NCBI GenBank assembly: GCA_002453165.1
Contig: DKGH01000158.1
Span: 1-63,275 of the forward strand
From: Verrucomicrobia bacterium UBA6775
GTDB lineage: Bacteria > Verrucomicrobiota > Verrucomicrobiia > Limisphaerales > UBA1096
Length of the DNA: 63,275 bases
Reading direction: 5' to 3'
The position numbers and the translations under genes were made by a program. Shown in pieces: positions 9,858-19,258 of this stretch. Under the pieces are notes generated by a model. That model was not told where the DNA came from. It saw only the letters and a list, made by a program, of their open reading frames with translations, and did not search any database. Position 1 is the first letter of the stretch. Every line of letters starts with the position of its first letter.

Positions 9858-11261
9858 ATGAACTCAAACCTATCTGCACTGGATCGTCGCAAGTTTTTGA
9901 GAGGCACAGGCGTCGCGCTGGCGCTGCCTTGGTTTGAGTCATTCTCCGGAGTTGCCCGTGCGGCACAACAGCCGGTTCAGCGGAAACGCTTGGCTTGTTT
10001 TTATATGCCGGACGGCGTCCCCATGCCGCTGGTCAAGGATCCGGGCTACGAGGATTGGAGCTGGTTCCCGCACGGTAGCGGCAGGGATTTCACCTTCACA
10101 AAATGCATGGAGACCCTCGAGCCGCTGCGCAATGACCTGACGATTTTCTCCGGCCTGTCGCACCCGGCGGTGCGCCGTGTTCACGGTCACTCCAATGCGG
10201 ATCAATTCCTCACCGGCGCAGACACCGGCGCGGATGGCGACTACCAAAACAGTGTTTCCCTCGACCAGGTGTTCGCCGCAGAAGCCGGCAAGCACACCCG
10301 ACTCTCCTCGATGGTGATGTCGACGGACGGCGGTACCGGTTCGCCACGTGGCGCGCAGACGATGTCGTACAACGCAAGCGGTCGACCGATCCCAGCCGAG
10401 CACAAGCCCAAGCGCATCTTCGACATGCTCTTCGTGAAAAGCGGCCCGGACGCCGCCCGTCGCCTGGCCCTCAGCAAGAGCGCGCTCGATGACTTGATGG
10501 AGGACGCGCGCTCGTTAAAGCGCTCGCTGTCCAAACACGATCAGGAGACGCTCACCGAGTATCTGCAGTCCGTGCGCGATACCGAGGTGAAGGTAGAAAA
10601 GGCCAAGCGCTGGCTGAACATCCCGCTCCCGCAGGTGGACGTCGATCATCTAAAGCTCGATGTCACCCCGGAGGATCCGCGCAATTACCTCCGCACGATG
10701 TATGAGTTGATCTACCTCGCGTTCAAGACCGATACCACCCGCGTGGCCACCTATCAGTTGGGCCGCGAAAACGGCGTCGGTATCAGCGACTACCTTGGCC
10801 GCGCCGTGGGCTTCAAGCTCACCCACCAGCTTTCCCACGCCACACGCGAGCCGGATGGCTTCAAGAATTTCGGCACCTATTGCCGGTTCATCAACGACGA
10901 GTTGGGCCGCTTGGCCAGCCGGCTCAAAGCCACGCCCGAGCCGGGCGGTGAGGGCAGCATGCTCGATAACACCGCGCTCTTTTTCGGCTCAGCCTCAAGT
11001 GCGTTCCATCTCTCTCGCAATTATCCGTTGCTGCTGTTCGGGGGCAAAAACATGGGCTTCAAGCATGGCCAGTACCTGAAGTTCGGCGAGGGCAACGACA
11101 AAAATCAGGCAACCTCCGGCATCGCCAACGACTCCGGTTGGCGGGCCGAGATGCGCTACACCGAGTTGCCGTTGTCCAACCTCTACCTCAGTATGCTCCA
11201 CAAGCTGGGCGTTGAGGCCAAGAGTTTCGGCGGCAGCACGGAGACGCTGCGTGAGGTTTAG
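9858..11261 (+). CDS. DUF1552 family protein with Tat-type signal
   Basis: LDRRKFLRGTGVALALPWFES N-terminus. Overall collinear similarity to the 822..2084 product (FSGLSHP..., LTHQLSHA). Lies 19 nt after the PSD-type partner. Confidence 0.85.
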   Translation: MNSNLSALDRRKFLRGTGVALALPWFESFSGVARAAQQPVQRKRLACFYMPDGVPMPLVKDPGYEDWSWFPHGSGRDFTFTKCMETLEPLRNDLTIFSGLSHPAVRRVHGHSNADQFLTGADTGADGDYQNSVSLDQVFAAEAGKHTRLSSMVMSTDGGTGSPRGAQTMSYNASGRPIPAEHKPKRIFDMLFVKSGPDAARRLALSKSALDDLMEDARSLKRSLSKHDQETLTEYLQSVRDTEVKVEKAKRWLNIPLPQVDVDHLKLDVTPEDPRNYLRTMYELIYLAFKTDTTRVATYQLGRENGVGISDYLGRAVGFKLTHQLSHATREPDGFKNFGTYCRFINDELGRLASRLKATPEPGGEGSMLDNTALFFGSASSAFHLSRNYPLLLFGGKNMGFKHGQYLKFGEGNDKNQATSGIANDSGWRAEMRYTELPLSNLYLSMLHKLGVEAKSFGGSTETLREV

Positions 11262-11283
11262 GCCGCGCTTCGGCTCAAGTTGA

Positions 11284-12741
11284 TTGACGAAGCAGCAGGT
11301 TCGCTGGAGACTCCCCGGCGTGAAACCAGCTAACTTTCTGAAAGCCTGTGTCCTGTCCGCATTTCTGTTTGCGGCAGGATCCCTTCATGCCGCGAAGCCC
11401 AACTTCGTCATCATTTTCACCGACGATCAAGGGTACGGTGACTTAAGCTGTTTCGGGTCGAAGACCATCAAGACGCCAAACATCGATCGCATCGCGAAGG
11501 AGGGACGAAAGTTCACGAGCTTCATGGTGGCATCACCGGTGTGCACGCCTTCGCGCGCGGCTTTGTTGACCGGTTGTTATCCCAAGCGAGTGGGCATGCA
11601 TCAGCACGTGCTGTTCCCCGCCTCGACCAAGGGGCTGAACGCCAAGGAGCACACCATCGCTGATCACCTGAAAGGGCAGGGCTACGCCACCGCCTGTTTT
11701 GGAAAATGGCATCTCGGGCATCACAAGGAAACGCTGCCGACAGCCAATGGCTTCGACACTTACTTCGGTATCCCGTACTCGAACGACATGAATCACCCGG
11801 ACAACAAGGGCAAGCCGCGTGGCGGTTGGCAGGGTATGGATATTTTGTGGGCCGATCCGGAGTCCACGCTCACCAAGTGGAAGACGCCGCTTTATAAGGA
11901 CGAGAAAATCGTCGAGCTGCCGGTCGACCAGCGCACCATCACCCGCCGCTGTACGCAGAAGTCCATCGACTTCATCAAGGCGAACAAGGACAAGCCGTTT
12001 TTCATCTACCTGCCGCACTCCATGCCGCACATCCCGCTCTACGTGCCGGACGAGGTGCGCGATCCCGATCCTAAGCGGGCGTACATCAACACCATCGAGC
12101 ACATCGACGCTGAGGTCGGACGCCTGCTTAAAACGCTCGACGACCTGAAACTTGTGGACAAAACCTACGTGATCTACACCACCGACAACGGTCCGTGGCT
12201 GCCGTTCCGCCATCACGGCGGTTCCGCTGGTCCGTTGCGTGACGGCAAAGGCACCACCTTCGAGGGCGGCCAGCGCGTTCCCTGCGTGATGCGCGGCCCG
12301 GGCATCCCCGCCAGTTCCGTCTGCGATGAACTCACCGGCACCATTGATCTGCTCCCGACTATAGCAGCCATTACCGGCAAGCCATTGGCCAACGAACGCA
12401 AGATTGACGGTATGGATGTGTCCGCCCTTTGGAAAGGGACGAAGGAAAAATCGCCCCGCAAGGAATTCATCTACTACACATCCCGTGGTGACCTCGAGGG
12501 ACTGCGCAGTGGCAAATGGAAACTACTTGTCAAAAAGCCGCGGGCCAACCGTAGGGCCAACGCCAACCAGCAAAAGAATCGTGCCCCTCAAGTTTTCCTC
12601 TTCGACCTAAAGGCGGATGTTGGCGAACAAAACAACCTCGTCGAGGCTAAGCCCGCTATGGTGAAAAAACTAAAAGCCCGAATGGAGGCACTCGATGCCG
12701 AGATCACCCAAAACGCCCGCCAACCTTGGTTAAAAAACTAG
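11284..12741 (+). CDS. sulfatase (arylsulfatase A-like, formylglycine type)
   Basis: PNFVIIFTDDQGYGDLSCFGS and the CTPSRAALLTGCYP (C-x-P-x-R) motif. Signal peptide present. Start could be TTG 11284 or GTG 11320. Confidence 0.9.
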   Translation: MTKQQVRWRLPGVKPANFLKACVLSAFLFAAGSLHAAKPNFVIIFTDDQGYGDLSCFGSKTIKTPNIDRIAKEGRKFTSFMVASPVCTPSRAALLTGCYPKRVGMHQHVLFPASTKGLNAKEHTIADHLKGQGYATACFGKWHLGHHKETLPTANGFDTYFGIPYSNDMNHPDNKGKPRGGWQGMDILWADPESTLTKWKTPLYKDEKIVELPVDQRTITRRCTQKSIDFIKANKDKPFFIYLPHSMPHIPLYVPDEVRDPDPKRAYINTIEHIDAEVGRLLKTLDDLKLVDKTYVIYTTDNGPWLPFRHHGGSAGPLRDGKGTTFEGGQRVPCVMRGPGIPASSVCDELTGTIDLLPTIAAITGKPLANERKIDGMDVSALWKGTKEKSPRKEFIYYTSRGDLEGLRSGKWKLLVKKPRANRRANANQQKNRAPQVFLFDLKADVGEQNNLVEAKPAMVKKLKARMEALDAEITQNARQPWLKN

Positions 12742-12757
12742 CCGGGGCTCCTCTATC

Positions 12758-13099
12758 TTACTTTTTATTTTCCTGATAGATCATGATCAGGTTACCACAG
12801 GTGTCGTCGAGGATGCCTACGGTGGGGAGGCCGCAGGCCGTCAGCTCCTAACGAAACTCGGCTCCGAGTTCTTTCAGCCGTTTGTATTATGCCTCGATGT
12901 CCGCCATCCAAAATACGGTTAGCGGGATGCCCTCCTCGAATGTGATCTCCGCCTCCTTGGTCAAATACATATCCGTGTCCGGCACCGCTTGGCTAAGCAG
13001 CATACAACAAAACAATTCAGCGATAGATTGTGTTAGCCATTTCATAGGTGACTTCTTTGGCAACGTAACACCAACCCTGTTTCCCTCAACTGTTGTCAT
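12758..13099 (-). pseudogene. VOC/glyoxalase-family gene disrupted by two in-frame stop codons
   Basis: My own minus-strand translation continues in frame past the 12887..13099 ORF: ...EEGIPLTVFWMADIEA*YKRLKELGAEFR*ELTACGLPTVGILDDTCGNLIMIYQENKK*. The pattern DIEAxYxRLKxxGxEF...DPxGNLIxxxQ is typical of glyoxalase/VOC C-terminal halves. Stops are TAA (12887-12889) and TAG (12848-12850). GC is lower than in the neighbouring genes. Confidence 0.5.
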
Positions 13100-13191
13100 T
13101 GAGGTCGTTTCGAATTGCCGCCGATTTTTCTGGCAGGCAGGCTGGAGCGCATGAGGGGATCGTCCCTGTTTTCGAGTTCCACGAATATTCT

Positions 13192-13215
13192 CAAGCGCTT
13201 GGCCAAGCGCTTGGC
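13192..13215. repeat. iterated palindrome, double unit
   Basis: caagcgcttggccaagcgcttggc, 10 nt upstream of the pdxA start. Confidence 0.9.
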
Positions 13216-13224
13216 TGATGACTC

Positions 13225-14196
13225 ATGACCCTTCCCAAGATAGCTGTGACGATGGGGGATCCCGCCGGGGTGGGGCCGGAGGTTTGTCTGCGGCTGTTGC
13301 AGGATGAGGCGATTGCCCGGCTTTGCACGCCGATTGTTTTTGGCAGTGCGGCGGTGTTGGAACAGGCGGCTGTGCAGTACTGCTTGGCCAAGCCGGGGAA
13401 GGTTGTCGCCGGGTTGAGCGAGGCCGACTCCCCTTGCGTGCTCGACATCGGAGCGATCGGACTCGACGACTTCATCACGGGTGCGGTCAATGCCTCCACC
13501 GGACGCGCTGCGTTCACGTACATTGAGGACGCCATCAACGCTGCGTTGAGCGGACAGATTGCGGCGGTGACCACGGCGCCGATCAACAAGGTGGCGTTGC
13601 ACGCGGCCGACATCCCCTTTCCGGGGCACACGGAGATTTTTGCAGCGAAGACCCACGCGCCGCGCTACTGCATGCTGCAATACTCGAGCGAAGTGCGGGC
13701 GGTTTTTGTGACTACCCACGTGGGTTACGCCGAGGTGCCCGGGCTGCTGACCAAGGCCGCGATCCTCGACACCATTGAACTGGGCGCACAGGCCATGCGG
13801 CGCATTCGCGGCGGCGACCCCCGGATAGTTGTCCTTGGCCTGAACCCTCACGCCGGGGAGAACGGGTTGTTCGGTACGGAGGAACAGGTGGCCATCATCC
13901 CGGCGATCGAGTCAGCGCTAAAGCTGGGCCTCAACGTCGAGGGGCCGGTTCCGCCTGACACCGCGTTTCTGCCGGCCAAGCGGCGTGAAACCGACCTGTT
14001 CGTCTGCATGTACCACGACCAGGGGCACATCCCGCTCAAGGCGCTTTGTTTTGACGAGGCGGTGAACACCACGCTTGGCTTGCCGATCGTCCGCACCTCC
14101 GTCGACCACGGCACCGCGCTCGACATCGCCGGCCTTGGCCAAGCGAACCCCAACAGCCTGTTCGAGGCCGTCAAGCTGGCGCTGAAGTTCCTCTGA
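13225..14196 (+). CDS. pdxA: 4-hydroxythreonine-4-phosphate dehydrogenase
   Basis: KIAVTMGDPAGVGPEV, GHTEIFA, NPHAGENGLFG, MYHDQGHIPLK and TSVDHGTALDIAG are classic PdxA blocks. Confidence 0.92.
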   Translation: MTLPKIAVTMGDPAGVGPEVCLRLLQDEAIARLCTPIVFGSAAVLEQAAVQYCLAKPGKVVAGLSEADSPCVLDIGAIGLDDFITGAVNASTGRAAFTYIEDAINAALSGQIAAVTTAPINKVALHAADIPFPGHTEIFAAKTHAPRYCMLQYSSEVRAVFVTTHVGYAEVPGLLTKAAILDTIELGAQAMRRIRGGDPRIVVLGLNPHAGENGLFGTEEQVAIIPAIESALKLGLNVEGPVPPDTAFLPAKRRETDLFVCMYHDQGHIPLKALCFDEAVNTTLGLPIVRTSVDHGTALDIAGLGQANPNSLFEAVKLALKFL

Positions 14197-14237
14197 TCAA
14201 AGGTTGCCTGTGCAGGTGGCTTGGGTAACGTTGTGCC

Positions 14238-15395
14238 GTGCATCTGACCAAATTATTTTCGATCGGCCTGCTTGGCTTGATATTTCTTGGTGCAACCACC
14301 GATGCGGAGGGGGGGTATGCCGTCAAGCCGCTCACGGAAGCGCTGGCCAAAGAGTACAAGCTCGACCGTGGTTTTTACAAAAAGGTGACGATGATTCAGG
14401 GCATCCTGATCGCCACCTCCAGCAAGGTTGCCAACCTGGCCCACCGCGAAACGGCGTACCAGTTCGACATGCTCATGCGCGGACTCAAGCCGGAGATCGC
14501 CGAGCGGATTCGCAAAAAGAAAGTGCTCTGCCTGTTGATCGGCCATGACGAGTTGACCTCGCAGTTGCCGCAGTTCGCCTCCAACAAAACCGGGGAGGAG
14601 CTGGATTTTTACAACTGGCGTCAGCGCGGTTTCCTGACCTACATCGGCTCGAGGCCCACGGTGGTTTTTGCTGAGGAGGACGTGATGGAGTACCCGGGCG
14701 GGATGCAACTGGAGAGCATTCTCGTGCATGAGTTCGGCCATGTTGTCCACGGGGCCGGCTTTGACGAATCGCTGCAAAAACGACTGTCCGCTGCGTTTGA
14801 AAACGTTAAAAAAACCGGGATTTGGAACGATGGTCGAGCCGCCCAGCGGTATCGCCGCGTCAAGAGCGAGACGCCGGTCCGTTTGCTGTCGGCATTGAAA
14901 AAATCTTTCCCCGACGAGTCACCGAGGCTGCTCAGAAAATGCCTGAACTCAGGCGATTTTTTGGTGAATGGAAAAAAGGCCGACGCCAAGGTTAAGGTCA
15001 CCAAAAACGACAAGGTACTGATTCAGTTCGGTGGACCGAAGCAGTGTTACGCCGCGAAAAACCGGGCCGAGTATTGGGCGGAGATTTACCAGTGCTGGTT
15101 CGACACCAACCGCACGATGGATCACGACCACAATCACATTCACTCGCGCGATCAACTCATCAAGTACGACCCGGTCGGGGCCAGGCTCTGCGAGGATGTG
15201 TTGGGCAAACCGGAGTGGCGGTTCGTCTCACCGCGACTCCGTGTTGGCCAGGCGCACCTCAAGAATTACAGCCCCAACTCACCCAAGGTTACCGAGCTGC
15301 CGCACATTCAAAAAGCCGCTTACGATTACTACGACAAGTATTGGAAGGACTACTGGCAGCGGCTTTACGACAAGCACGGCCTCGCGCGGCCCTGA
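14238..15395 (+). CDS. secreted HExxH zinc-metallopeptidase-like protein (gluzincin; lethal-factor/MtfA-like signature)
   Basis: Signal peptide MHLTKLFSIGLLGLIFLGATTDA. ILVHEFGHVVHGAG is followed about 100 aa later by NRAEYWAEIYQCWF, a candidate third-ligand Glu in an E-aromatic-aromatic-A-E context. The function call is tentative. Confidence 0.55.
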   Translation: MHLTKLFSIGLLGLIFLGATTDAEGGYAVKPLTEALAKEYKLDRGFYKKVTMIQGILIATSSKVANLAHRETAYQFDMLMRGLKPEIAERIRKKKVLCLLIGHDELTSQLPQFASNKTGEELDFYNWRQRGFLTYIGSRPTVVFAEEDVMEYPGGMQLESILVHEFGHVVHGAGFDESLQKRLSAAFENVKKTGIWNDGRAAQRYRRVKSETPVRLLSALKKSFPDESPRLLRKCLNSGDFLVNGKKADAKVKVTKNDKVLIQFGGPKQCYAAKNRAEYWAEIYQCWFDTNRTMDHDHNHIHSRDQLIKYDPVGARLCEDVLGKPEWRFVSPRLRVGQAHLKNYSPNSPKVTELPHIQKAAYDYYDKYWKDYWQRLYDKHGLARP

Positions 15396-15401
15396 CTCGC
15401 G

Positions 15402-17792
15402 ATGCGTTTTTCCCGGACCATCCTTTTTTTGTTTTTGCTGCTTGGCCAAGCGCTTGGCCAAGCGGATGAGCGGCAGGATTTTTTTGAGTCCCGCGTGAGG
15501 CCGGTTTTGTCGACGCACTGTTTTGAGTGTCACGGGCACAAGGCCAAAGGCGGCCTGAAACTTGACTCCCGCGAGGCTACTCTCGCCGGGGGCGACAGTG
15601 GGCCGGCGTTGGTGTCGGGTAAACCGAAGGAGAGTCTGTTGCTCAAGGCGGTTCGGCACATCGACCCCGACCTGTCCATGCCGCCAAAAAAGAAACTCCC
15701 CAATCACGTTGTCAACGACCTGAAACGCTGGATTCGCGAGGGGGCCGTCTGGGCAGAGGCTCAATCGATCGGCTTTGCCACCAGCGAGATCACCGACGAA
15801 CAACGCAACCACTGGTCGTTTCGGCCTATTGCGAAACCGACCATCCCCGATGCGCCGCCCGAGTGGTCGCGTAACCCAATCGATGCGTTCGTTTTTCGAA
15901 AACTGGCCGAACAAAATCTGCCCCCTGTGCCGCTGGCGACCAAGCGGACACTGATCCGCCGTGCGACGTTTGACCTGATTGGCCTGCCGCCCGCGCCCGA
16001 GGAAATTGAGGCATTTCTTGCGGATGATTCCCCGGGTGCATGGGAGCGGTTGATCGATCGCCTGTTGGATTCACCCCACTACGGCGAACGCTGGGGGCGT
16101 CACTGGCTGGATCTCGTGCGCTACGCGGACACCGCCGGGGACGCCGCTGATTTCCCCGTGCCGGAAGCCTTCAAGTACCGCAACTACGTCATCGATGCCT
16201 TCAACAACGACAAGCCGTATGACCAGTTTGTGCGCGAGCAAATCGCCGGCGACCTGCTTCCGGCCAGCGATGAGGCGGCGTGGTGGGAACAAAAAATTGC
16301 CACCGGCTACGTGGCCATCTCGCGGCGCATTGGCGTGAGCCCGCACAATCTGAAACACATCACGATCGAGGATACGCTCAACAACATCGGCAAGACCTTT
16401 CTCGGGTTGACGATCGGCTGCGCCCGCTGCCACGACCACAAATTTGATCCCATCCCGACGTCGGACTACTACGCGCTCTACGGCATTTTCAACAGCTCGG
16501 TCTATCCGCACGCCGGGGCGGAGCATCAACCTTACCGGAAGGACTTCACCTACCGCGTCGGCCAAAAACAGGCGAACGAAATCCTGAAACCATTCCGAGA
16601 GCGTCTCGCGAACTGGGACAAGAAGGAGCGCGACAAGTTTTACGAGTACAGATTGTTCCAGTCGCAGGTGGTCAAGGGGCCGAAGACGCGGCAGTCCGTC
16701 TGGGCGGAGCTTGAGGAGATTCGCACCCAACGGGCCGAGGTGGCCAGCACGTTCCCACCGCTGGAAATCGCGTTTGCCATCAGCGAGGGCACGGCGGGCG
16801 ATGCCTACATTCAAAAACAGGGCGACCCCGGCAAGCGTACGCAGGGGGCGCTGGTGCGCCGCGGATTCCTGCAGGTGCTCGGCGGCCAAAAACTTTCCGC
16901 CTCAGCCAAAGGCAGTGGCCGATTGCAACTGGCCGACTGGCTCACGCATCCGGACAACCCGCTCACTGCGCGCGTCATGGTCAACCGCATCTGGCACTAT
17001 CACTTTGGACGAGGTCTCGTACCGACACCGAGTGACTTTGGTGTTCGCGGCACGGCGCCGACACACCCCGGGTTACTCGATCACTTGGCGACTGAATTCA
17101 TGAATAACGGCTGGTTGGTTAAGCAGATGCACCGGGCCATCATGACCTCGCGCACCTATCGTCTGGCCAATGACGATCACGCAGCAAACCTCGCTGTTGA
17201 TCCCGGGAACCAATTACTATGGCGGGCCAACCGGCGGCGGCTTGATGCCGAGCAACTCCGGGATGCCCTGCTCGTTTTCAGCGGCGAACTCGACCGCACG
17301 CCGGGCGGACGGCATCCGTTTCCGCATCACCTCACCTATTTTTACCGGCAGCACGAACCGTTTCAGGAAGAGTACGCGTCGAGAAAACGCAGCGTCTATC
17401 TCATGCAGCAGCGGATTCAAAAGAACCCGTACCTCGACTTGTTCGACGGACCGGATGGCAGCCTGCACTTCGGTGAAAGGCGCTCGACGGTGACTACACT
17501 GCAGGCGTTGTACTTCATGAATTCCGAGTTCATCCACGACCGGGCGGATGCCATCGCGCGGCGCCTGGCCAAGGTTGCCCCGGACGAAACCAAGCGCTTG
17601 GTCAAGCTATATGAGTTGATTTTCAACCGGCCGCCGCAGCCGGACGAGCTGGCTTTCGCGGGCAGCTATCTGCGCACGCGCCTGGCCAAGGCGGAAACCG
17701 GTTCAGCCACGCTTGGCCAAGCGGAAAAATTGGCCTGGTCGAGCCTCGTCCGTAGCATGCTCAGCAGCAACGAGTTCCTGCATATCGAATAG
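15402..17792 (+). CDS. PSCyt1-PSCyt2(DUF1549)-PSD1(DUF1553) family exported protein
   Basis: CFECHGHKAKGGLKLDS...LSMPP, NPIDAFVFRKLAEQNLPP, CARCHDHKFDPI and RVMVNRIWHYHFGRGLV. Confidence 0.88.
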   Translation: MRFSRTILFLFLLLGQALGQADERQDFFESRVRPVLSTHCFECHGHKAKGGLKLDSREATLAGGDSGPALVSGKPKESLLLKAVRHIDPDLSMPPKKKLPNHVVNDLKRWIREGAVWAEAQSIGFATSEITDEQRNHWSFRPIAKPTIPDAPPEWSRNPIDAFVFRKLAEQNLPPVPLATKRTLIRRATFDLIGLPPAPEEIEAFLADDSPGAWERLIDRLLDSPHYGERWGRHWLDLVRYADTAGDAADFPVPEAFKYRNYVIDAFNNDKPYDQFVREQIAGDLLPASDEAAWWEQKIATGYVAISRRIGVSPHNLKHITIEDTLNNIGKTFLGLTIGCARCHDHKFDPIPTSDYYALYGIFNSSVYPHAGAEHQPYRKDFTYRVGQKQANEILKPFRERLANWDKKERDKFYEYRLFQSQVVKGPKTRQSVWAELEEIRTQRAEVASTFPPLEIAFAISEGTAGDAYIQKQGDPGKRTQGALVRRGFLQVLGGQKLSASAKGSGRLQLADWLTHPDNPLTARVMVNRIWHYHFGRGLVPTPSDFGVRGTAPTHPGLLDHLATEFMNNGWLVKQMHRAIMTSRTYRLANDDHAANLAVDPGNQLLWRANRRRLDAEQLRDALLVFSGELDRTPGGRHPFPHHLTYFYRQHEPFQEEYASRKRSVYLMQQRIQKNPYLDLFDGPDGSLHFGERRSTVTTLQALYFMNSEFIHDRADAIARRLAKVAPDETKRLVKLYELIFNRPPQPDELAFAGSYLRTRLAKAETGSATLGQAEKLAWSSLVRSMLSSNEFLHIE
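15440..15464. repeat. iterated palindrome, double unit
   Basis: gcttggccaagcgcttggccaagcg encodes LGQALGQA at the end of the PSCyt1 protein signal peptide. Confidence 0.95.
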
Positions 17793-17873
17793 TTTTTGTC
17801 CTGCGACGTCGGCAAAGAATCGCTTGCAATAAGAGGTTTTCAAACCAGAATGGCGGTTCACCGGAGGTTTACC

Positions 17874-19247
17874 ATGTTGAGTCCAAAAAATATTTCACGA
17901 CGTTCATTTTTGAAGGCTGGCGGCGCGACGATGCTGCTGCCGATGTTGCACTCGTCTCCCTCTGCCATGGCGGCCAAGCGCTTGGCCAAGCCGGACAAGA
18001 AACTGGTGATCATGTACATCCCCAACGGGATCGTGCGTCGGCAGTTTTTCCCGGGGGAAGGCGAGTCGGAACTCCCGGGCTTCATCGGTGGATTCAACGC
18101 CGACAAGACCAAGGAGCAACGACGGTACAAAAACGAGTCGGGCATCTACGACCTCGAGTGGACGCCCACAATGGAGCCACTCAAGGAGCACGCCAACGAT
18201 GTCACAATGATCACCGGCCTCGACCGGACATTCAAAAACGGGCAGGACGTGCACGCGCAAGGTGCCTCGTGCTACCTCACCAGTCTCTCGCCGGTGCAGG
18301 CCGAAGAGCAGGGCATCCGCCATCCGAACGGCCGCACGCTGGACCAGTTGATCGGCGACAAGGTCGGCTACAAGACGGTGCTCAACACGCTCGAGATTAG
18401 TTGCAACGGTTTTCGCGCGCCGAAGGAGCCGATCGAGTTCGACAACATTTCGTGGTATGGTCCCGGCAAGATAGCGCCGTCGATTCGCGACCCGCGCAAG
18501 CTCTACGACCGGTTGTTCTCCAAGGACAGCCTACGCACGCATGTGAGCGACGTGACCGACCTTGTGCTGGCCGATGCCAGGGCGCTTTCAAGCAGGCTAT
18601 CCAGCGAGGACCGCGCGACGATGGACGAGTACATGACCATGGTTCGCAACGTCGAGGTGCGCATGGCCAAGCTCGAGAAGCTGCTGGCCGATGCCGACAT
18701 CTCCGTGCCCAAGGAGGAAATCCTGCCACGCGGCGAATACATTCGACTGCAGGCCGACCTGATGTTGCTCGGGTTTCAGATGGGCATCACGAATGTTTCC
18801 ACCTTCATGATTGGGCCGGAGCGCTGGGACGCCACGCTGATGTATGAGGGCGTGTTCGACAAACCGGTGCAGCACCACAACATGACGCACAACCAGAAGG
18901 GCAACGGTTACCTCGAGTTGGCGAAGATCGACACGTTCCACATGCAGCAGTACGCCTACATGATTCGCCGTATGAAGGAGATCAAGGAATCGGACGGCAG
19001 CAGCATGCTGGACAACTCGCTGATCACTTACGGCGCGGCCCTGGGCGATGGTGCCACACACCAATACTACGACCTACCGATGATCTTGGCCGGCGGCGCG
19101 CAGGGTCAGATCAAGCAGGGCAGATTCATTCGGATGAAGAGCGGCACGCTCAACTCCAACCTTTGGTTGACATTGGCCAATCTCATGGGCGTGGAGATGA
19201 ATTCGTTCGCCGACAGCCATGGCGTGGTATCCGACCTGTGGACCTAA
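17874..19247 (+). CDS. DUF1552 family protein with Tat-type signal
   Basis: MLSPKNISRRSFLKAGGATMLLPMLHS. Collinear with the other two DUF1552 products (ITGLDRT..., HHNMTHN). ATG 17874 is preferred over ORF-track start 17796. Confidence 0.8.
   Translation: MLSPKNISRRSFLKAGGATMLLPMLHSSPSAMAAKRLAKPDKKLVIMYIPNGIVRRQFFPGEGESELPGFIGGFNADKTKEQRRYKNESGIYDLEWTPTMEPLKEHANDVTMITGLDRTFKNGQDVHAQGASCYLTSLSPVQAEEQGIRHPNGRTLDQLIGDKVGYKTVLNTLEISCNGFRAPKEPIEFDNISWYGPGKIAPSIRDPRKLYDRLFSKDSLRTHVSDVTDLVLADARALSSRLSSEDRATMDEYMTMVRNVEVRMAKLEKLLADADISVPKEEILPRGEYIRLQADLMLLGFQMGITNVSTFMIGPERWDATLMYEGVFDKPVQHHNMTHNQKGNGYLELAKIDTFHMQQYAYMIRRMKEIKESDGSSMLDNSLITYGAALGDGATHQYYDLPMILAGGAQGQIKQGRFIRMKSGTLNSNLWLTLANLMGVEMNSFADSHGVVSDLWT
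17972..17991. repeat. iterated palindrome, double unit
   Basis: ggccaagcgcttggccaagc encodes AKRLAKP just after the Tat-signal region of DUF1552 gene 3. Confidence 0.9.
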
Positions 19248-19258
19248 CTTTTCGTCGG

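Noticed and set aside
12848-12889. The two in-frame stops in the VOC-like frame as programmed read-through or recoding
   Set aside because: They are two different stop codons (TAA and TAG) 39 nt apart, with no recognisable recoding signal. The region also has divergent composition. Pseudogenisation is the simpler explanation.
15440-15464. LGQALGQA / LAKRLAKR / AWPSAWPS as a genuine protein repeat or domain
   Set aside because: The same nucleotide word gives different peptides depending on frame and occurs in non-coding DNA. Several ORF-track N-terminal extensions containing these peptides (786, 31861, 43786, 53011) are better explained as non-coding sequence upstream of the real starts.
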